A stretch of 63,117 bases of DNA, the filler included, from Stramenopiles sp. TOSAG23-6 (Eukaryota): assembly GCA_900128565.1 (NCBI GenBank). It is 7 parts of 7 records of this genome, joined end to end, with 100 filler letters (N's around TTAATTAATTAA, not from the genome) between each part and the next. Parts side by side here need not be neighbours in the genome. Positions count along the whole stretch, not along the records: positions 1 to 8,965 come from LT636403.1; positions 9,066 to 18,027 come from LT636404.1; 5 more parts are not named here. One strand, given 5' to 3'. Within the stretch, counting starts at the first letter, position 1. Each line of letters begins with the position of its first letter. The notes under the pieces were generated by a model, which was not told where the DNA came from, did not search any database, and was given only the letters and a program-made list of their open reading frames with translations. Below are positions 1 through 12,248 of this stretch, one piece after another. The translations under genes were made by a program, and so were the position numbers.

Positions 1-1655
1 GAATTAATACCAGATACGCGCATTTGTGGAGTCGATTTCTTAATGCGCATAGGATAATTTGTTTCTTTTCCTCCCCAGCGTTTTGATATTTTTTCTGCAG
101 GAAAATGCATTGATGAATCTTGACTTTTATTTTCATTTATAGTTCTCGAAAAAAAAGCGACAGATCGAATAAATCCGTCTAATCGCACACCATATATTGA
201 TGAATAATCTTTTGAAAACATAGGTGACGTTTTACTTGAAAATGGTGCGTTAGGGTTTCTAACATTGGGTGACGTCTGTTGCAAAGAAGTATAATACTCA
301 TTTTGTGTTTTTTTATCTACTTTTTGATGCCTAGAATTCAACATCTCATTTGTTCCACCTTGCAAATCGTTTGTTTCATGTGTTTTGTGTGTTTCATTTT
401 TTTCATTGTTTTCATTTTTTTCATATTTTGTAGTTAATTCACATTCAACCATTGCGTCTCCTTCAGTGTTTCGTTTCTGATGAAGAATTTCATTTTGAGT
501 TTCATTTTGAGTTTCATTTTGAGTTTCAATGTTTTGTACTACTCCTACATCATTTTTTAAAACTGGATCTTGTTTTTGTACTACAGCATTCTGTGGAACC
601 CTAGATACTGCCTGTTCTTGGATTTCGTGTTGTGTTGATGCTACATCTTGTGTCTCTTGTACAGTATTTTTTTTTGTAGAAGTAAAAGTTTCATCATTAG
701 GATTAGATTGATTTTGGACATTTTTTTTTTCATCAATTTTCATATTATTTTGAATATTTTCCGATTTCTCAGAAGAAGGATCAGAATAAACATTATCTGT
801 CAGAGCCATCGCATCAGCAATCTCAGCATCCAAATCATCAACTAATTGATTACCGTCATTCGTTGTTAGAGAAATAATTTCCTTTTTCTGTTTTTCTTTT
901 TGTTCTCTACGTCTAGAAGTTGTTATTTTATGACTACTAGGACTACGATGAATACGATGATCAACAGTGCCATCAAGATGAGTATGTGTCCATTGACGTG
1001 TCAACTTTGGACGTCTCCGCTTTGAACTGGAGCGTTTTGAACTTGAGCTTCGAGTTTCAGGACCTTGACGACTTTTTCGTGTTTTTGTGCGAGTCTTCAC
1101 AGGTGACCTCGGAGATAGAGGAATGATACCTCCATTGTCTTTCACACCACGCATTAAACGATCAAGTAATTCACGTTTTAAACCATAGTATGGCATTTTC
1201 AGAAGTTTTAGTTTTTCCTGTAAAATATTTTTTGTCATACTTTCCAATTCTTCACATGTAGCATCATCAAGTTCATCGTCAGAATCAGAGTCGGTCGACT
1301 GAGCAAGACTTTCTTCATCCACCGCATCTTCGTATATACTTTCGTCTTTAGCATTTGCTGAATGATCCATTTCAAACAAAGAGTCATTTTCGCGTTCTTT
1401 ATCAACTTCATTATGGTCTTGAGACGTAGAAGGCACACTCGCATTAGATGACCACGTACTTGACCATAGGGAAGTAGTCACATCTTGAACCGGACTTGTA
1501 CCCACCGTAAAAAACGAAGGAACAGTACGATTCCACCAGCCAGTTATTTTTCCTTTCACGCTATCGATACCACTCGTTGATGTAGCGAGTCGACGCCTCT
1601 TTGAAGGAAGTTGATGGCCTGATTCAGACTCACGCTCTGACTCACGTTTTGGCAT
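1..1655 (-). CDS. SAP-domain, low-complexity nuclear protein (3' partial, runs off window)
   Basis: ATG at 1655 (MPKRESERESESGHQLPSKRRRL, NLS-like). The same frame reads ELESMTKNILQEKLKLLKMPYYGLKRELLDRL at ~1250-1155, matching the SAP motif. Not in the ORF track, presumably because no stop is reached. Confidence 0.6.
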   Translation of the reverse strand, partial: MPKRESERESESGHQLPSKRRRLATSTSGIDSVKGKITGWWNRTVPSFFTVGTSPVQDVTTSLWSSTWSSNASVPSTSQDHNEVDKERENDSLFEMDHSANAKDESIYEDAVDEESLAQSTDSDSDDELDDATCEELESMTKNILQEKLKLLKMPYYGLKRELLDRLMRGVKDNGGIIPLSPRSPVKTRTKTRKSRQGPETRSSSSKRSSSKRRRPKLTRQWTHTHLDGTVDHRIHRSPSSHKITTSRRREQKEKQKKEIISLTTNDGNQLVDDLDAEIADAMALTDNVYSDPSSEKSENIQNNMKIDEKKNVQNQSNPNDETFTSTKKNTVQETQDVASTQHEIQEQAVSRVPQNAVVQKQDPVLKNDVGVVQNIETQNETQNETQNEILHQKRNTEGDAMVECELTTKYEKNENNEKNETHKTHETNDLQGGTNEMLNSRHQKVDKKTQNEYYTSLQQTSPNVRNPNAPFSSKTSPMFSKDYSSIYGVRLDGFIRSVAFFSRTINENKSQDSSMHFPAEKISKRWGGKETNYPMRIKKSTPQMRVSGIN

Positions 1656-2070
1656 CTTTGTAGAAAGAATAAATTCTCACTTAAAGCAGAACTATTACCC
1701 AAGATCACACCCTATAATAATTCGTATACAGAATTAATGTACCTATCAAATACTATTTATGCCAATGGGTTTTTATACCCACTTTACTGGCCGCTTCGCG
1801 TCTAAAAACAAGTCAAAAACCAGTTGACAATACTAGTATACGTATAGCCTATGATAGAGGTGTTGTAGCTCGTGGTCGTCAAAAATGATTTGTTGATTTG
1901 ATGATCAATGAGATATTATGAAAAAAGAAAGCGCGGCAGGTCTGCGCGAAAATGACACGCGTGAAGTCTTCAAACTTCAAAATGGCCAGTTCGACTTTTT
2001 CATTTATCATCTAATTGCTTTGACTTGGAGAAGGAAACTCTTATTAAAGGCATTCTTTAGTATTTTTTCG

Positions 2071-4722
2071 ATGGGAGAACCAAAATCTTTTCCAGATGAA
2101 CCATTAAGTGTACAAACTTTGGCCCTTCATATAGTAAAAGAGCATTTTGGTCCATTAGTGGAAACTGTTTGCAAGGGGTTGGCACAGTGCGGACTCATCT
2201 CCTTGACTGCATTGTTGGGAAAGTTGCGTCGGTGGACACCGTCTTGGGATCGAAAAAATGTTGTTCATATACTAAGTTTATTGTTACAGCATAATTTATT
2301 GGATGTTCAACAGCGAGCGCCGTATAAAGATGCTATGGGTGTAATACAACACCCTCCAGTATTGTACGCATTCCGTTCTCGTTCTGCTGTGCATCGTTTG
2401 CGGTATGCAAAACTTCTCTACCACATAAAGAAACGGTTTGGTACTGATGGGGAAATGCTATTATATAGACTTCTCTTTAATGGAAGAGCACAGGAGTCTC
2501 GGTTATGTGAAGAAGCATTTGAGTATCTTGATCGAGTAAAAAACCTCAAAGTCGATTCTACTTCTGAGAAAGATGCAAATCTGAATTCTTCAACAGTAAA
2601 GAAAGAAATGAATGAAGATAACATCTCACAAGAAAGAGAAGACAGACTTTCCTCGTTACAGGATGTATTTCTTGAGATGGTATCAGAAGGGTATATCCAG
2701 CGTGTTGAACGTTTAGATCTCTTGAAAACAAAAATTTCTAAAGGAAAGAAAAAGAAAACAAATTCCAAATTGAAAAAAAAAGTGAAAAACTCAAAAAACT
2801 CAAAAACTAAAAAGAACTCAAAAACTAAAAAACGGTCAAAACGCAAACGTGCTCAAGGTCTTGGTGAAACCAGCTCGGATGAAGAGTCTTCTCGTAAAGC
2901 ACCTAAAAAACGATCTCGAATGCAATTACGTGGTGTAAAAAAGGAAGATAATGATGACATGTATGTTTTAGTTTTTTTTCAATTTTTTGTCTACATTTTT
3001 TTTTTTTTTTATAGTAAATTTTGTACCTAACATTTTTTTTTTGGTACATTTTTAAATATTTTTCCAAAATACATGCTACAATCAAGTAGTGAAGTTGACC
3101 TAAGTAATATGATGGGGCTTTCTTCTACATCATCATCAAGTGGTCTATCAAGTGGTGAGTATATTTCTAAAACATCAACAAACACTACATTGAATGATTC
3201 ACGGAGCAATGCAGATTCTTTTCAAGTCTGTCTTCCCCGTTTTACTCGTGAATTTAGTATGTTTACTCCCAACTATAAACCCTAACCCTAATTCCATATT
3301 GATAAAAAAAAAAAAAAAAAAAAAATTTCATACGAAATTTTGTACCTAACAAATTTTTACTAAAAAAAAATTGAAATATTTTTCCAAAAAAAACATTTTT
3401 TTTTTCATACGAAATTTTGTACCTAACAAATTTTTACTAAAATTTTTTTTTTTGAAATATTTTTCTACAATAAATGAGAAATTGCATTAAAAAGTTGCAC
3501 AAAAGAATCTGAAGGTAAACTCTCTTCAAAAGTAGTTGGTTATATATTAGCTATGCGTAATGCTCAAATTGCAGAATCTGATCGAAACTTTTGTGGTTCC
3601 CGCGGCTTTCAATTTGATGGTCGTAGTGTATTTGATTACATCAAGAATGAGAACCCTAACCCTAGTTGTACGAAAGGAAACCCTAACCCTAATTCTTTGG
3701 AATTCTTTGGTGAAGATTTTACATATCGAAAGTGTCTTCGTATCCTTGATTCTTTATCAAAAGGCCCTTATTCAATACTAGAGAAGGCATGTAGTTTTAG
3801 TGAAGATTCGTATGTTTTCATTTTTATACGAAATTCTGTACCTAATGTTTTCATTTTTTTTTTTTAAATTTTTTTTAAAATTTGTTGTATACGAAATTCT
3901 GTACCTAACATTTTGTTTTTTTGTTTAAAATTTTCACAATTCAGGAAAGATAATGATCAATATTGTGGCGGAAATTTCTCATTTGAGTACAGACCTGCTT
4001 TAGATGCACTTATCAGAGATACAATAGAAGATATTATACTACAAAAATATGTATGTTTTATTTTTTTTAATTTTTTGTCTAAATTTATTTTTTCGTACGA
4101 AATTTTGTACCTAACAAATTTTCAAATTTTTTTTTGAAATATTTTTCTACAATATATGGTGTGCAGAGCAAACGTGTTTTCCGTTTACTTCTTGAATCTC
4201 ATTATTTAGAAGTGAGAGAAATTAGTATGAAATCATTAATTGGTGTAAAAGAGACGCGTGCGATATTATTCCAATTATTCTCAGCTGGATTTTTGAAATT
4301 ACAAGAAGTTCCTAAAAAATCTGATCATGAATGTTTTATTTTTTTTTTTTTTCCGGTAAAAAAAAAATCGAATTTTTTTTTTTTGAAAATTTTGTACCTA
4401 ACAATTTTTTTTTTTATACAAAATTTTGAAATATTTTTCCAAAATACATAGCCCACAATCAACTTTATATGTCTGGTCTATAGACCAAGCTCAGTTGATG
4501 ATTCGTCTATCTGCTGATATTCATAAATCTATATTTAATTTACGAGTACGTAGACAACAGGAATGGGATTCAAATGAAGCACTAATTGAACGACACCAGC
4601 GACGATTAATATCAACTGCGAGAGATAAACAAAAATTTCTTCATTTGGGTGGTATCCTTCGTCAATTAGATTCAAGTATACTACAATTGGATGATACTTT
4701 GATGCTTCTTGTTGATTTTTAA
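2071..4722 (+). CDS. POLR3C: RNA polymerase III subunit RPC3 (C82/RPC62), 6 exons
   Basis: N-terminal IVKEHFGPLVETV...LLQHNL HTH. C-terminal QKY|GVQSKRVFRLL...LQEVPKKSDH|SPQSTLYVW...LDDTLMLL. Introns at 2961-3074, 3257-3475 (or -3478), 3810-3944, 4051-4157, 4329-4449 restore the frame. Confidence 0.88.
2961..3074 (+). mobile_element. Introner-like repeat intron, GT...AT (archetype copy)
   Basis: gacAT|GTATGTTTT...TTTTGTACCTAAC...AAATATTTTTCCAAAATAC AT|g. Joins ORF 1918-3030 in frame to ORF 3073-3285. Confidence 0.8.
3810..3944 (+). other. Family intron with canonical GT...AG ends
   Basis: gattc|GTATGTTTT...TTTTCACAATTC AG|gaaagat. The AG sits in the same position as the NN of other copies. 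Confidence 0.7.
4329..4449 (+). mobile_element. Family intron, GA...AT
   Basis: gatcAT|GAATGTTTT...CCAAAATAC AT|agc restores VPKKSDH-SPQSTLYVW, the conserved RPC3 motif. Confidence 0.8.
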
Positions 4723-4853
4723 AATGTATTTTAAAATGTATTTTAAAATGTATTTCAAAATGTATTTTTGTTTTTCTTAGAAATTAAATGTAAGATCTTT
4801 ATTTTTATTGTCTTTTTTTGTTGTACAAGTATGTTATTGAAACACTTTATATG

Positions 4854-6131
4854 CTAGACTATTGGTAAAATCATCTTAAATAAAGCTTCTGCGGTACGCT
4901 TATCAAAGTCATTAAAATGTCCTTCACAACAGACACGAGTTTCTCCTATTGTGATATCATTTAGTGACGTACAATTCCAGAAGACATATTCACCAATAGT
5001 TACACTATGTGATATTGAAATTGACTTTAATGATGTGCAATTCTTGAAGGCACGATCGCCAATAGAACTAGTTGAACTATTCATTAAATTAATCGATTTT
5101 AATGATGAACAATTACGGAAGGCATCTTCACCAATTCTAGTTGTACTTCTGGAAAATCGAATACTTACTAGTGATTTACATCCACTGAAAGCCATTGCAC
5201 CAATACTAGTTATATTTTTTGGCATTCGAATAGTTTTTAGTGATGAACAATTACGAAAGGTATCTTCAGGAATATTAGTTATACTATTAGGTAAATGAAT
5301 CGACTCTAATGACGTGCAACCACGAAAGGCACTAATGCCAATGCTAGTTACGCTATTGGGTATTATAATAGTTTTCAATGATTTACAGTCACGAAAGGCC
5401 ATTTCACCAATACTAGTTGTCCTATTTGATATTGAAATGTACTCTAGTGAAGTACAATGAAAGAATGCATATTCACCAATACTAGTTATACTTTTTGGCA
5501 ACTGAATAGACTCCAAGGAATCACAATTATAGAAGGCACTTGTACGAATTTTGGTAATGCCATTTGGTATTGTAATAGATTTTAGTAATCTACAAGCATA
5601 AAAGGCATACTCACCAATACTAACTACACTATTTGGCAATTGAATACACTTTAGAAATATGCAATCCTGGAAGGCGAAATCACCAATACTCAAAACTTTA
5701 TGCTTTAAGTAGTCTTTAATAATTCCCAATGGTTCAATATTCAACTCACCTCCAGTTTCATATAAACGCCGCATACTACTTGATGTGTCTTGACACTCAC
5801 AACACAGTAGCAAACAAAGCATTTCTTGGACACTAGGATTAACCTCAGTCACTACTGTTAAACGTTTCTTATATTTACGATCAACGGTGACTACTCCTTC
5901 GCATGATACTCGAATAAACTGATTTGTACGAATGGCTTGCAATTCTTTTTCATTTGTCTTTTTCCTCTTCTTTTTCCTCTTCTTTTTCCTCTTTTTTGTA
6001 TTTTTACCTCGAGGACCATTGCACGCCAATAATCTGTAAGATACTCGCCTTTTCTTCCCTTTTTTTTTATGTTTATTGTGCATTTCTGTAGAAGTAGAGC
6101 CAAATAGGGTATCCGTAATATATTTCATCAT
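4854..6131 (-). CDS. BspA-type leucine-rich repeat (LRR_5) protein, intronless
   Basis: About 11 repeats of IPNSVTSIGxxAFxxCxSLxSI. Confidence 0.9.
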   Translation of the reverse strand: MMKYITDTLFGSTSTEMHNKHKKKGKKRRVSYRLLACNGPRGKNTKKRKKKRKKKRKKTNEKELQAIRTNQFIRVSCEGVVTVDRKYKKRLTVVTEVNPSVQEMLCLLLCCECQDTSSSMRRLYETGGELNIEPLGIIKDYLKHKVLSIGDFAFQDCIFLKCIQLPNSVVSIGEYAFYACRLLKSITIPNGITKIRTSAFYNCDSLESIQLPKSITSIGEYAFFHCTSLEYISISNRTTSIGEMAFRDCKSLKTIIIPNSVTSIGISAFRGCTSLESIHLPNSITNIPEDTFRNCSSLKTIRMPKNITSIGAMAFSGCKSLVSIRFSRSTTRIGEDAFRNCSSLKSINLMNSSTSSIGDRAFKNCTSLKSISISHSVTIGEYVFWNCTSLNDITIGETRVCCEGHFNDFDKRTAEALFKMILPIV

Positions 6132-7136
6132 AATGATGATTTATTTCTATATGCCATGCGTATCTCTCGCAATTAAACTTGTTCTTTGAACCAAGATTCC
6201 TTGCTAAATTAATCCAAAAGTTTAGGTAAATTTATCAAAAGCTACGGTATGAAAGACTTCGGCTATACCAAAAAGCGAAAAAAACGCACATTTTTCAAAT
6301 TTTTTGAAACCGTAGAATTTTTGATTCAGCGTCAGCATGCATCAAATTACTTGTAGATATTGACTTACTAGCTACAACAACCAGTAAAGTACTGCTTAGG
6401 CCCAGTGACCGGCCAGTATTGTTGAAAGTGTAGCAAATACTATATTATATAGTATACCGTTGGATTTTGGTCATTATTTCAAATCAGAATAATAGTGTAC
6501 TCTATCTACTGCATTGATAGTAGCACAGTACAATAAAAGTGCAATAATCGAACCTTTTAGATAGTAGTGTAGTACTCACATCTTCATTTGGACAATGTTT
6601 AGTCGTTTTTCTCGCGTTTTTGGTCATCTGCAACAAACACTTCAGACAGTTGGAAAACAAGAGCCACTGCCTTGGCAATATGGCGTCGTGGTACTCGGTG
6701 GTGCGATAGGAATATCCATTCTTACGTGACCGTGTCACCAAAAACCAAAGACACTGACATGCCGTTCCCCCGAGTCTTGTGAGTGTCCTCAGTGTTTCAA
6801 CTCAGGAAATAAATAGTTTTTCCTTGTATATTTTTCAGCCTTTTAGTTGTAATTTCAGTTGATGGGAGTATAGATCAAAACTTTATGAAAATTTGAACTC
6901 TCTGATGGAAAACTAAAACTAAAATTGTTTGATTTTGTGTAAATTAATGCAAATAAATTGTAGAAAAAAATAATAAAATTATATACAAATTTTATGTATC
7001 ATGTAAACAACAAATTCCATTTTTTTTTGCCATGATTTTCAACGTCAATGCCTTGAGCTCCATCATCTTGGTTTTACTTTTTGATTATTTCGTGATTTTC
7101 AACATCAATGCCTTGAGTTCCATCATCTTGGTTTTA

Positions 7137-8893
7137 TCATCTTGGTTTTACTTTTTGATTATTCCGTGACGTCATTTTTGTTTGTTGATTAGTGTTAGGA
7201 TTATACAAGTGCAATAGAAATATTGAAAAGATGCTAAAAATTCCTATTAAAACACCTAACAAGGAAGCTGTTATTGTACGTTTGAAGATGTATTTTGGAA
7301 AAATATTTCAAAAAAAAAAAAAAATCTTTTAGGTTTAGGTACAAAATTTACTATAAAAACAAAATTAGAATTTGAAAAAAAATAAAACATACATGCATCC
7401 TGATGTACCACTTCTGTCAGGTTGTTGTAACATTTGTGTTTTAATATCAAATGTGAATAAAAGATTGCCTTTATATCCTTTATTACATCCACAGATAGGT
7501 TCACTACAATGTTCATATCTTTGTCCATTCTCCCTTGTCTTCACCGTAATTTTTTCAGTAGCACAAGTACATGACCAAGCAGATGCTTTATATATATACA
7601 AAGATGCAAACGATTCAATTTCACCAGTACTAATAGCACTACATTTCAAATTTGTCCATCCATTAGCAGTCCATGTAGGAGTACCGCTATATCCACTAGC
7701 ACATGAACAAGTACCATTACCTGCAACAATATTGTCACCTACACATGTCGAAATAGCTGACGCGCAATTAGCAGGACTTTCCCATATTTCTTGATGTAAA
7801 TATCCTAAATTGATGGCAGCTGTCTTTTGGTCTGTTGTCAAAGAAGACCAAGGATCACACATAATCAAATCACCTGAAGTGAGTGGTGATAATATACAGC
7901 CATTACTTGTATCAGTAGCATTACATTCTCTAGTCAACTGAGTATTTTCAGAATTCACTGCTGTTATGTATTTTGGAAAAATATTAAAAAAAAATTCTAA
8001 AAAATTTGTTAGGTACAAACTTTTTATAAAAAAAAAATTTAGACAAAAAATTGAAGAAAAATAAAACATACATTGTCCCAATCCATTGACCTTTTTCATT
8101 ATACAATTTCTTCCCAATACGAAAATTTTTCTTTCTTTTAAAGTATGTCAATGCATCAACTGTAATCACAGAATTGTTACTAGTCTTGACTTCAACTCTT
8201 CCAAATTGAATGTCTTTTGTTGAATGTATTTTAGAAAAATATTTCAAAAAAAAATCTAAAAAAATTTGTTAGGTACAAAATTTCGTATGAAAAAAAATAA
8301 ATTTTTTTGTAAAAAAAAATAAAACATACATTATACGCTGCATTCCATTCCGTCTTTGTCCAACCACCAACTTTAGTATTTCCATTGACTAATGTAAAAG
8401 TATCTTTTATTCGTAAATCAATTGCTTTATTACGACATCGATAAATATTACCATATATTGTGAAAATATATGTGAATATGTCCGAAACAAAAATCGTCAG
8501 AAAAAATCGTTGGGTACAAAAACAATTTTACAAAAAAAAAGTAGTGAAATTGAAATTGAAATTGAAATTGAAATTGAAATTGAAATTGAAATTAGAATGA
8601 TGAAAACAAACACTAACACTCACTGTAATATAATCACAGCGAGTATCCGATTTACATTTAGATTTGTTATTGTTTAGCGTTTGACAACCTTCAAAGACTC
8701 CTTTTTGTTTTAGTGTGATTGAAGATTTAGTCATTGATTCAATCTCACCAATTGATTCTTCACCTCCATCGATACCACATTTATAGGACCACTTAATGTT
8801 ATTATCATCTGGATCGGTATTACATGAATATATTTTCATGTTTGGAGAAATTCGATTCATTGCATAAAAACCAGTGTAATTAATGATCATATC
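7137..8893 (-). CDS. Multi-exon Cys-rich/EGF-like single-pass membrane protein (5' partial)
   Basis: CSCASGYSG and CGCNKGYKG EGF-like motifs. The last exon encodes a hydrophobic helix (ASLLGVLIGIFSIFSIFLL). Exons are separated by family introns. Confidence 0.5.
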
Positions 8894-8965
8894 ATGGATT
8901 TTGGAAAAATATTTCAAAAAAAAAAACTTAAATTTGTTAGGTACAAAATTGCGTACGAAAAAAAA

Positions 8966-9065
8966 NNNNNNNNNNNNNNNNNNNNNNNNNNNNNNNNNNN
9001 NNNNNNNNNTTAATTAATTAANNNNNNNNNNNNNNNNNNNNNNNNNNNNNNNNNNNNNNNNNNNN
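8966..9065. other. Artificial contig spacer (N-TTAATTAATTAA-N); also at 18028-18127, 27086-27185, 36132-36231, 45136-45235, 54139-54238
   Basis: Identical 100-nt linkers with all-frame stops. Contig lengths decrease monotonically (8965, 8962, 8958, 8946, 8904, 8903, 8879). Confidence 0.97.
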
Positions 9066-9220
9066 TTAAGGTAGTCGGGTAAATCTGAGCAGATTTGTCC
9101 ACGGGCGATATTCCAAAACTTTGATTTTTTTGTTAGGTACAAAATTTCGTACGAAAAAAATAAATTCGAAATTATTAGGGTTAGGGTTTAAAAGGAACAA
9201 AACCGGAACAAAAGCTTCAT

Positions 9221-9441
9221 TCCGTTCCGGTCCATTCCCGTTCCGCAAAATTCTTCCGGAACGGGAATATAATATTTGCCCGTTCCGCGAAATCTGCAAA
9301 AATCATTCCGGAACGGGAATATAATATTTGCCCGTTCCGAAAAATCATTTCGGAACGGAATAAAATATTTGCCCGTTCCGAAAAATCATTCCGGAACGGG
9401 AATAAAATTTTTGCCCGTTCCGAAAAATTCTTCGGAACGGC
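9221..9441. repeat. Array of ~5 GC-rich hairpin units CCCGTTCCG-N(9-21)-CGGAACGG
   Basis: ~41-nt period: cccgttccgaaaaatcattccggaacgggaatataatatttg, repeated with small variants. Confidence 0.85.
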
Positions 9442-9587
9442 CGTGCCCATGCAACCCTGGTTCAATTTGATGACGAGAAAAAGTTATACTTTCTACTAGA
9501 ATATACTATAGTATTATCGAATCAACAATGCAGAGTAGAAATAATTGTACATTTTGAGTGTATATTTTCTTGTAGTAGTACTACAGC

Positions 9588-10157
9588 ATGTATACTCGAA
9601 GCATAGGACATGTAGCAGTAAAGAGTTTCTGTTTGACTACTCCATGTGTTAGAGACACAACTTTGCGTATTCAATACCTGAAGAAAACTGCTCAACGACA
9701 TAAAGTATCTGTTATATCGCAGACTAGATCAAACATATATCCTTCAATATCTTCAATATCTTCAATATCACGTCGTACATTTACGACGCATTCAAAAATA
9801 TTGCGTCGTTCTCTAAATGACAATGTACCCAACCTACGTGACTTTATGAGAAATCGAGAGGTACGTAAGCTCTATCGCGCTTATTTTCGAACATCAAAAG
9901 GTTTATGTGATCCAATTGCAATTGATGATATGCGGGCACAGATACGCCATGGATTTCGTCAAAGTGAAAATGCAAGCGGTGATAAATTAAAATGGTACAT
10001 GTCACAGGGAACCATGCAACTGAAACAATTGGAATCTCTCGTGTCTAATGTCGCTGTCGCCTCACGGAGTAGACATCAAAAACCTATAGATAAAACGGAT
10101 ACTGAAACAGTGATAGAAACACCTGTCAATGATAATCAATGGCCATGGCAAAGATGA
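9588..10157 (+). CDS. Mitochondrial LYR-motif protein (LYRM2-like)
   Basis: NLRDFMRNREVRKLYRAYFR...IRHGFRQ LYR motif, with an Arg/Ser-rich presequence-like N-terminus. Confidence 0.75.
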   Translation: MYTRSIGHVAVKSFCLTTPCVRDTTLRIQYLKKTAQRHKVSVISQTRSNIYPSISSISSISRRTFTTHSKILRRSLNDNVPNLRDFMRNREVRKLYRAYFRTSKGLCDPIAIDDMRAQIRHGFRQSENASGDKLKWYMSQGTMQLKQLESLVSNVAVASRSRHQKPIDKTDTETVIETPVNDNQWPWQR

Positions 10158-10329
10158 AATATATGTTTGTTTGTATGTGTTTGTTTTGAGATACATTGAA
10201 AGTTGTAGAATAAAAAAATGTCAAAGGTTATTCAAATTTCGAATTTATTTTTTTTTGTACGAAATGTTGTACCTAACGAAAAAAATATCTGAAAATTTCG
10301 TAAAAATTTCATACTATTAATAAAAGAAT

Positions 10330-10473
10330 TTATAACTCAACAACAGAATCACCTGAGTAGAACTCTTCACTTTGATCGCATTTACTTTCTATCCTTCCTC
10401 TATCAAACAAAATAATTATTGTAAAAAAATATATCAAATTGAAGTTTTGTTAGATGTTTACTACAAAAAAAAA

Positions 10474-10520
<47 letters not shown>

Positions 10521-12248
10521 TATTAAACACGTACACTATCAGGTGAAACTTCAATATCGTCTTGATGTGGTACTATACATTTCCTATACATATTATTATT
10601 ATTATCTGGTGTACCATATTTAAGAAATTGTTCATATGTACCTTTTCCATTTTGTTCACTGCCCATTCCAAATTCGAATGCGTTAGGGTTAGGGTTATTC
10701 GTTAATTCATTGCTTTTTTCGTTTCTGTTGCTTTTATCACTTGTAGCAATATCTTTGTTTTTCAATACAATCGTTTGTTTAGGTAATGGTATTGGTCCTG
10801 GTGTTGGTAATGAATATTTTATTTTTTCACCTGATATTTTTGAGTTTTTGATGGTTCCAAGAAAATTGAATGCGCATTTGCTGCGAATATTTTTTTGATG
10901 ACACGCTTTTGAGTGTTTTATAATATTTTTTGTAGAACACGCATCATCATTATTAAAAATTCCATTTTCTGTACTATCAATAAACGTTTCATTATTACGT
11001 TTTACAATATTTTCAGAGTGTTTTGTTTCATTATTACTTTTTACAATATTTTCAAAATGTTTTGTTTCATCATTTTTTTTTACAATATTTTCAAAATGTT
11101 TTAAAGAAGTTTGAGAATCTTTTGAATCCACTTTTAAAATTGTATTTACATTTTGATCAAATCCAAGAAATCGAATAAAATCAGAAATTTCACCAATGCA
11201 TGGAATTGTTGCTGAAGTGGTTAAAAATATTTCAAGTTGATGTATTTTGGAAAAATATTTCAAAAAAAAATCTAAAAAAATTTGTTAGGTACAAAATTTC
11301 CTATAAAAAAAAAAATCAAATTTCCTATAAAAAAAAAAATCAATTTCAAATTTAAAAAAAATAAAAAATAAAACATACATTTCGTCTTTTTTCAAGAAAA
11401 TCAGGACAAAATAAATCTTGAAACACTAACGAAATCCCTGATTGAGGTAATTCAGGTACAAGATTTTGTAATTTTGGTTGTGAAATAAACGATGATGAAA
11501 GAGCAAATTCTAGAGATTCAAAATCATCAAATGTTTTTTTCACCACTCGCTTATTTTCAGTTTCAATATCGGTAATTTCAATATTATAATATACTTTTTG
11601 AACAGGTTTGTCTTCAATGATCCAATTTGGTATTTGTATTGTAAACCGTTCCAGAGTATTATGACACGTCATTTCAGGGCGATCAATTACACTAGGTATC
11701 AAGACACCAGCATAGCGAAGTGTATAGGTAAAAAATAAAGTTAAATCTGAATACTGAGAAGTGATTTTAAGTTGTCCAATTTGACCAGCCAATAAGAATT
11801 TAATTTCAATATCTCCATCTCCAACAGAACAATGAAACCTTTTACCATCAATTTCAACTATTCGAGTACCAAAGAGTTGATCATGTTTGAGTTCTAACGT
11901 ATGTACTTTCATATCTTCACAATGAAATCGATAAAAACGAAAACACGCAGTTGATACAGCTGTTGGAATTGTGTTTTCGGGTTTTGTTCCTGGAGGATAT
12001 CGGCTTCGGCCACCGCACCAATTCTCTGTAGAATCTGTATAATATGTTTCAATTTCGTTATTTTCATCAAGGTCACTATCATCGCTTTCACAAGGTAGTC
12101 GAGGCATAAGAGTAGAACGTCGACAGTTATCATTCATATCAAAGTCCTCCAACGTTTTTGAGTAACAAGCATCGCGACTAAATAGAGAGGGCGATTGAAC
12201 TTTTTCTCGGACTTTTTCGCGCTCGCTAGTACCACAAAGCCATGACAT
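10330..12248 (-). CDS. FAIM-like + PX domain protein, 3 exons
   Basis: HTLELKHDQLFGTRIVEIDGK is FAIM-like. VYYNIEI...KTFDDFESL...PELP...FLEKRRN|QLEIFL is a PX domain restored across a family intron. Confidence 0.65.

Noticed and set aside
2959-3072. U12-type AT-AC introns (shifting the junction 2 nt left gives AT...AC)
   Set aside because: There is no ATATCCTT 5' site or TCCTTAAC branch site. Copies flanked by TT, AA or GT would not start with AT, and the AG-ending copies fit the GT...NN register. The register still needs lariat data.
3257-3478. RPC3 intron 2 and RAD16 intron 40631-40743 as proof of non-AG splicing
   Set aside because: Each has an alternative in-frame GT-AG solution (AG at 3477-3478; GT at 40629 with AG at 40746-40747), so they are uninformative.
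4426-4451. Recurrent peptides MKYFSKIH / YEILYLT / RNFVPN / CMFYFF in many ORFs as a protein motif
   Set aside because: They are translations of the intron consensus, not coding sequence.
6502-6800. Slightly GC-richer intergenic stretch with a 79-aa ORF as a TE or ncRNA
   Set aside because: No recognisable motif, termini or RNA fold.
8966-9065. TTAATTAATTAA motif recurring every ~9 kb
   Set aside because: Artificial contig linker. Gene neighbourhoods across it are meaningless.
9221-9441. CRISPR array
   Set aside because: Eukaryotic context, linkers are near-identical rather than unique spacers, and there are no cas genes.
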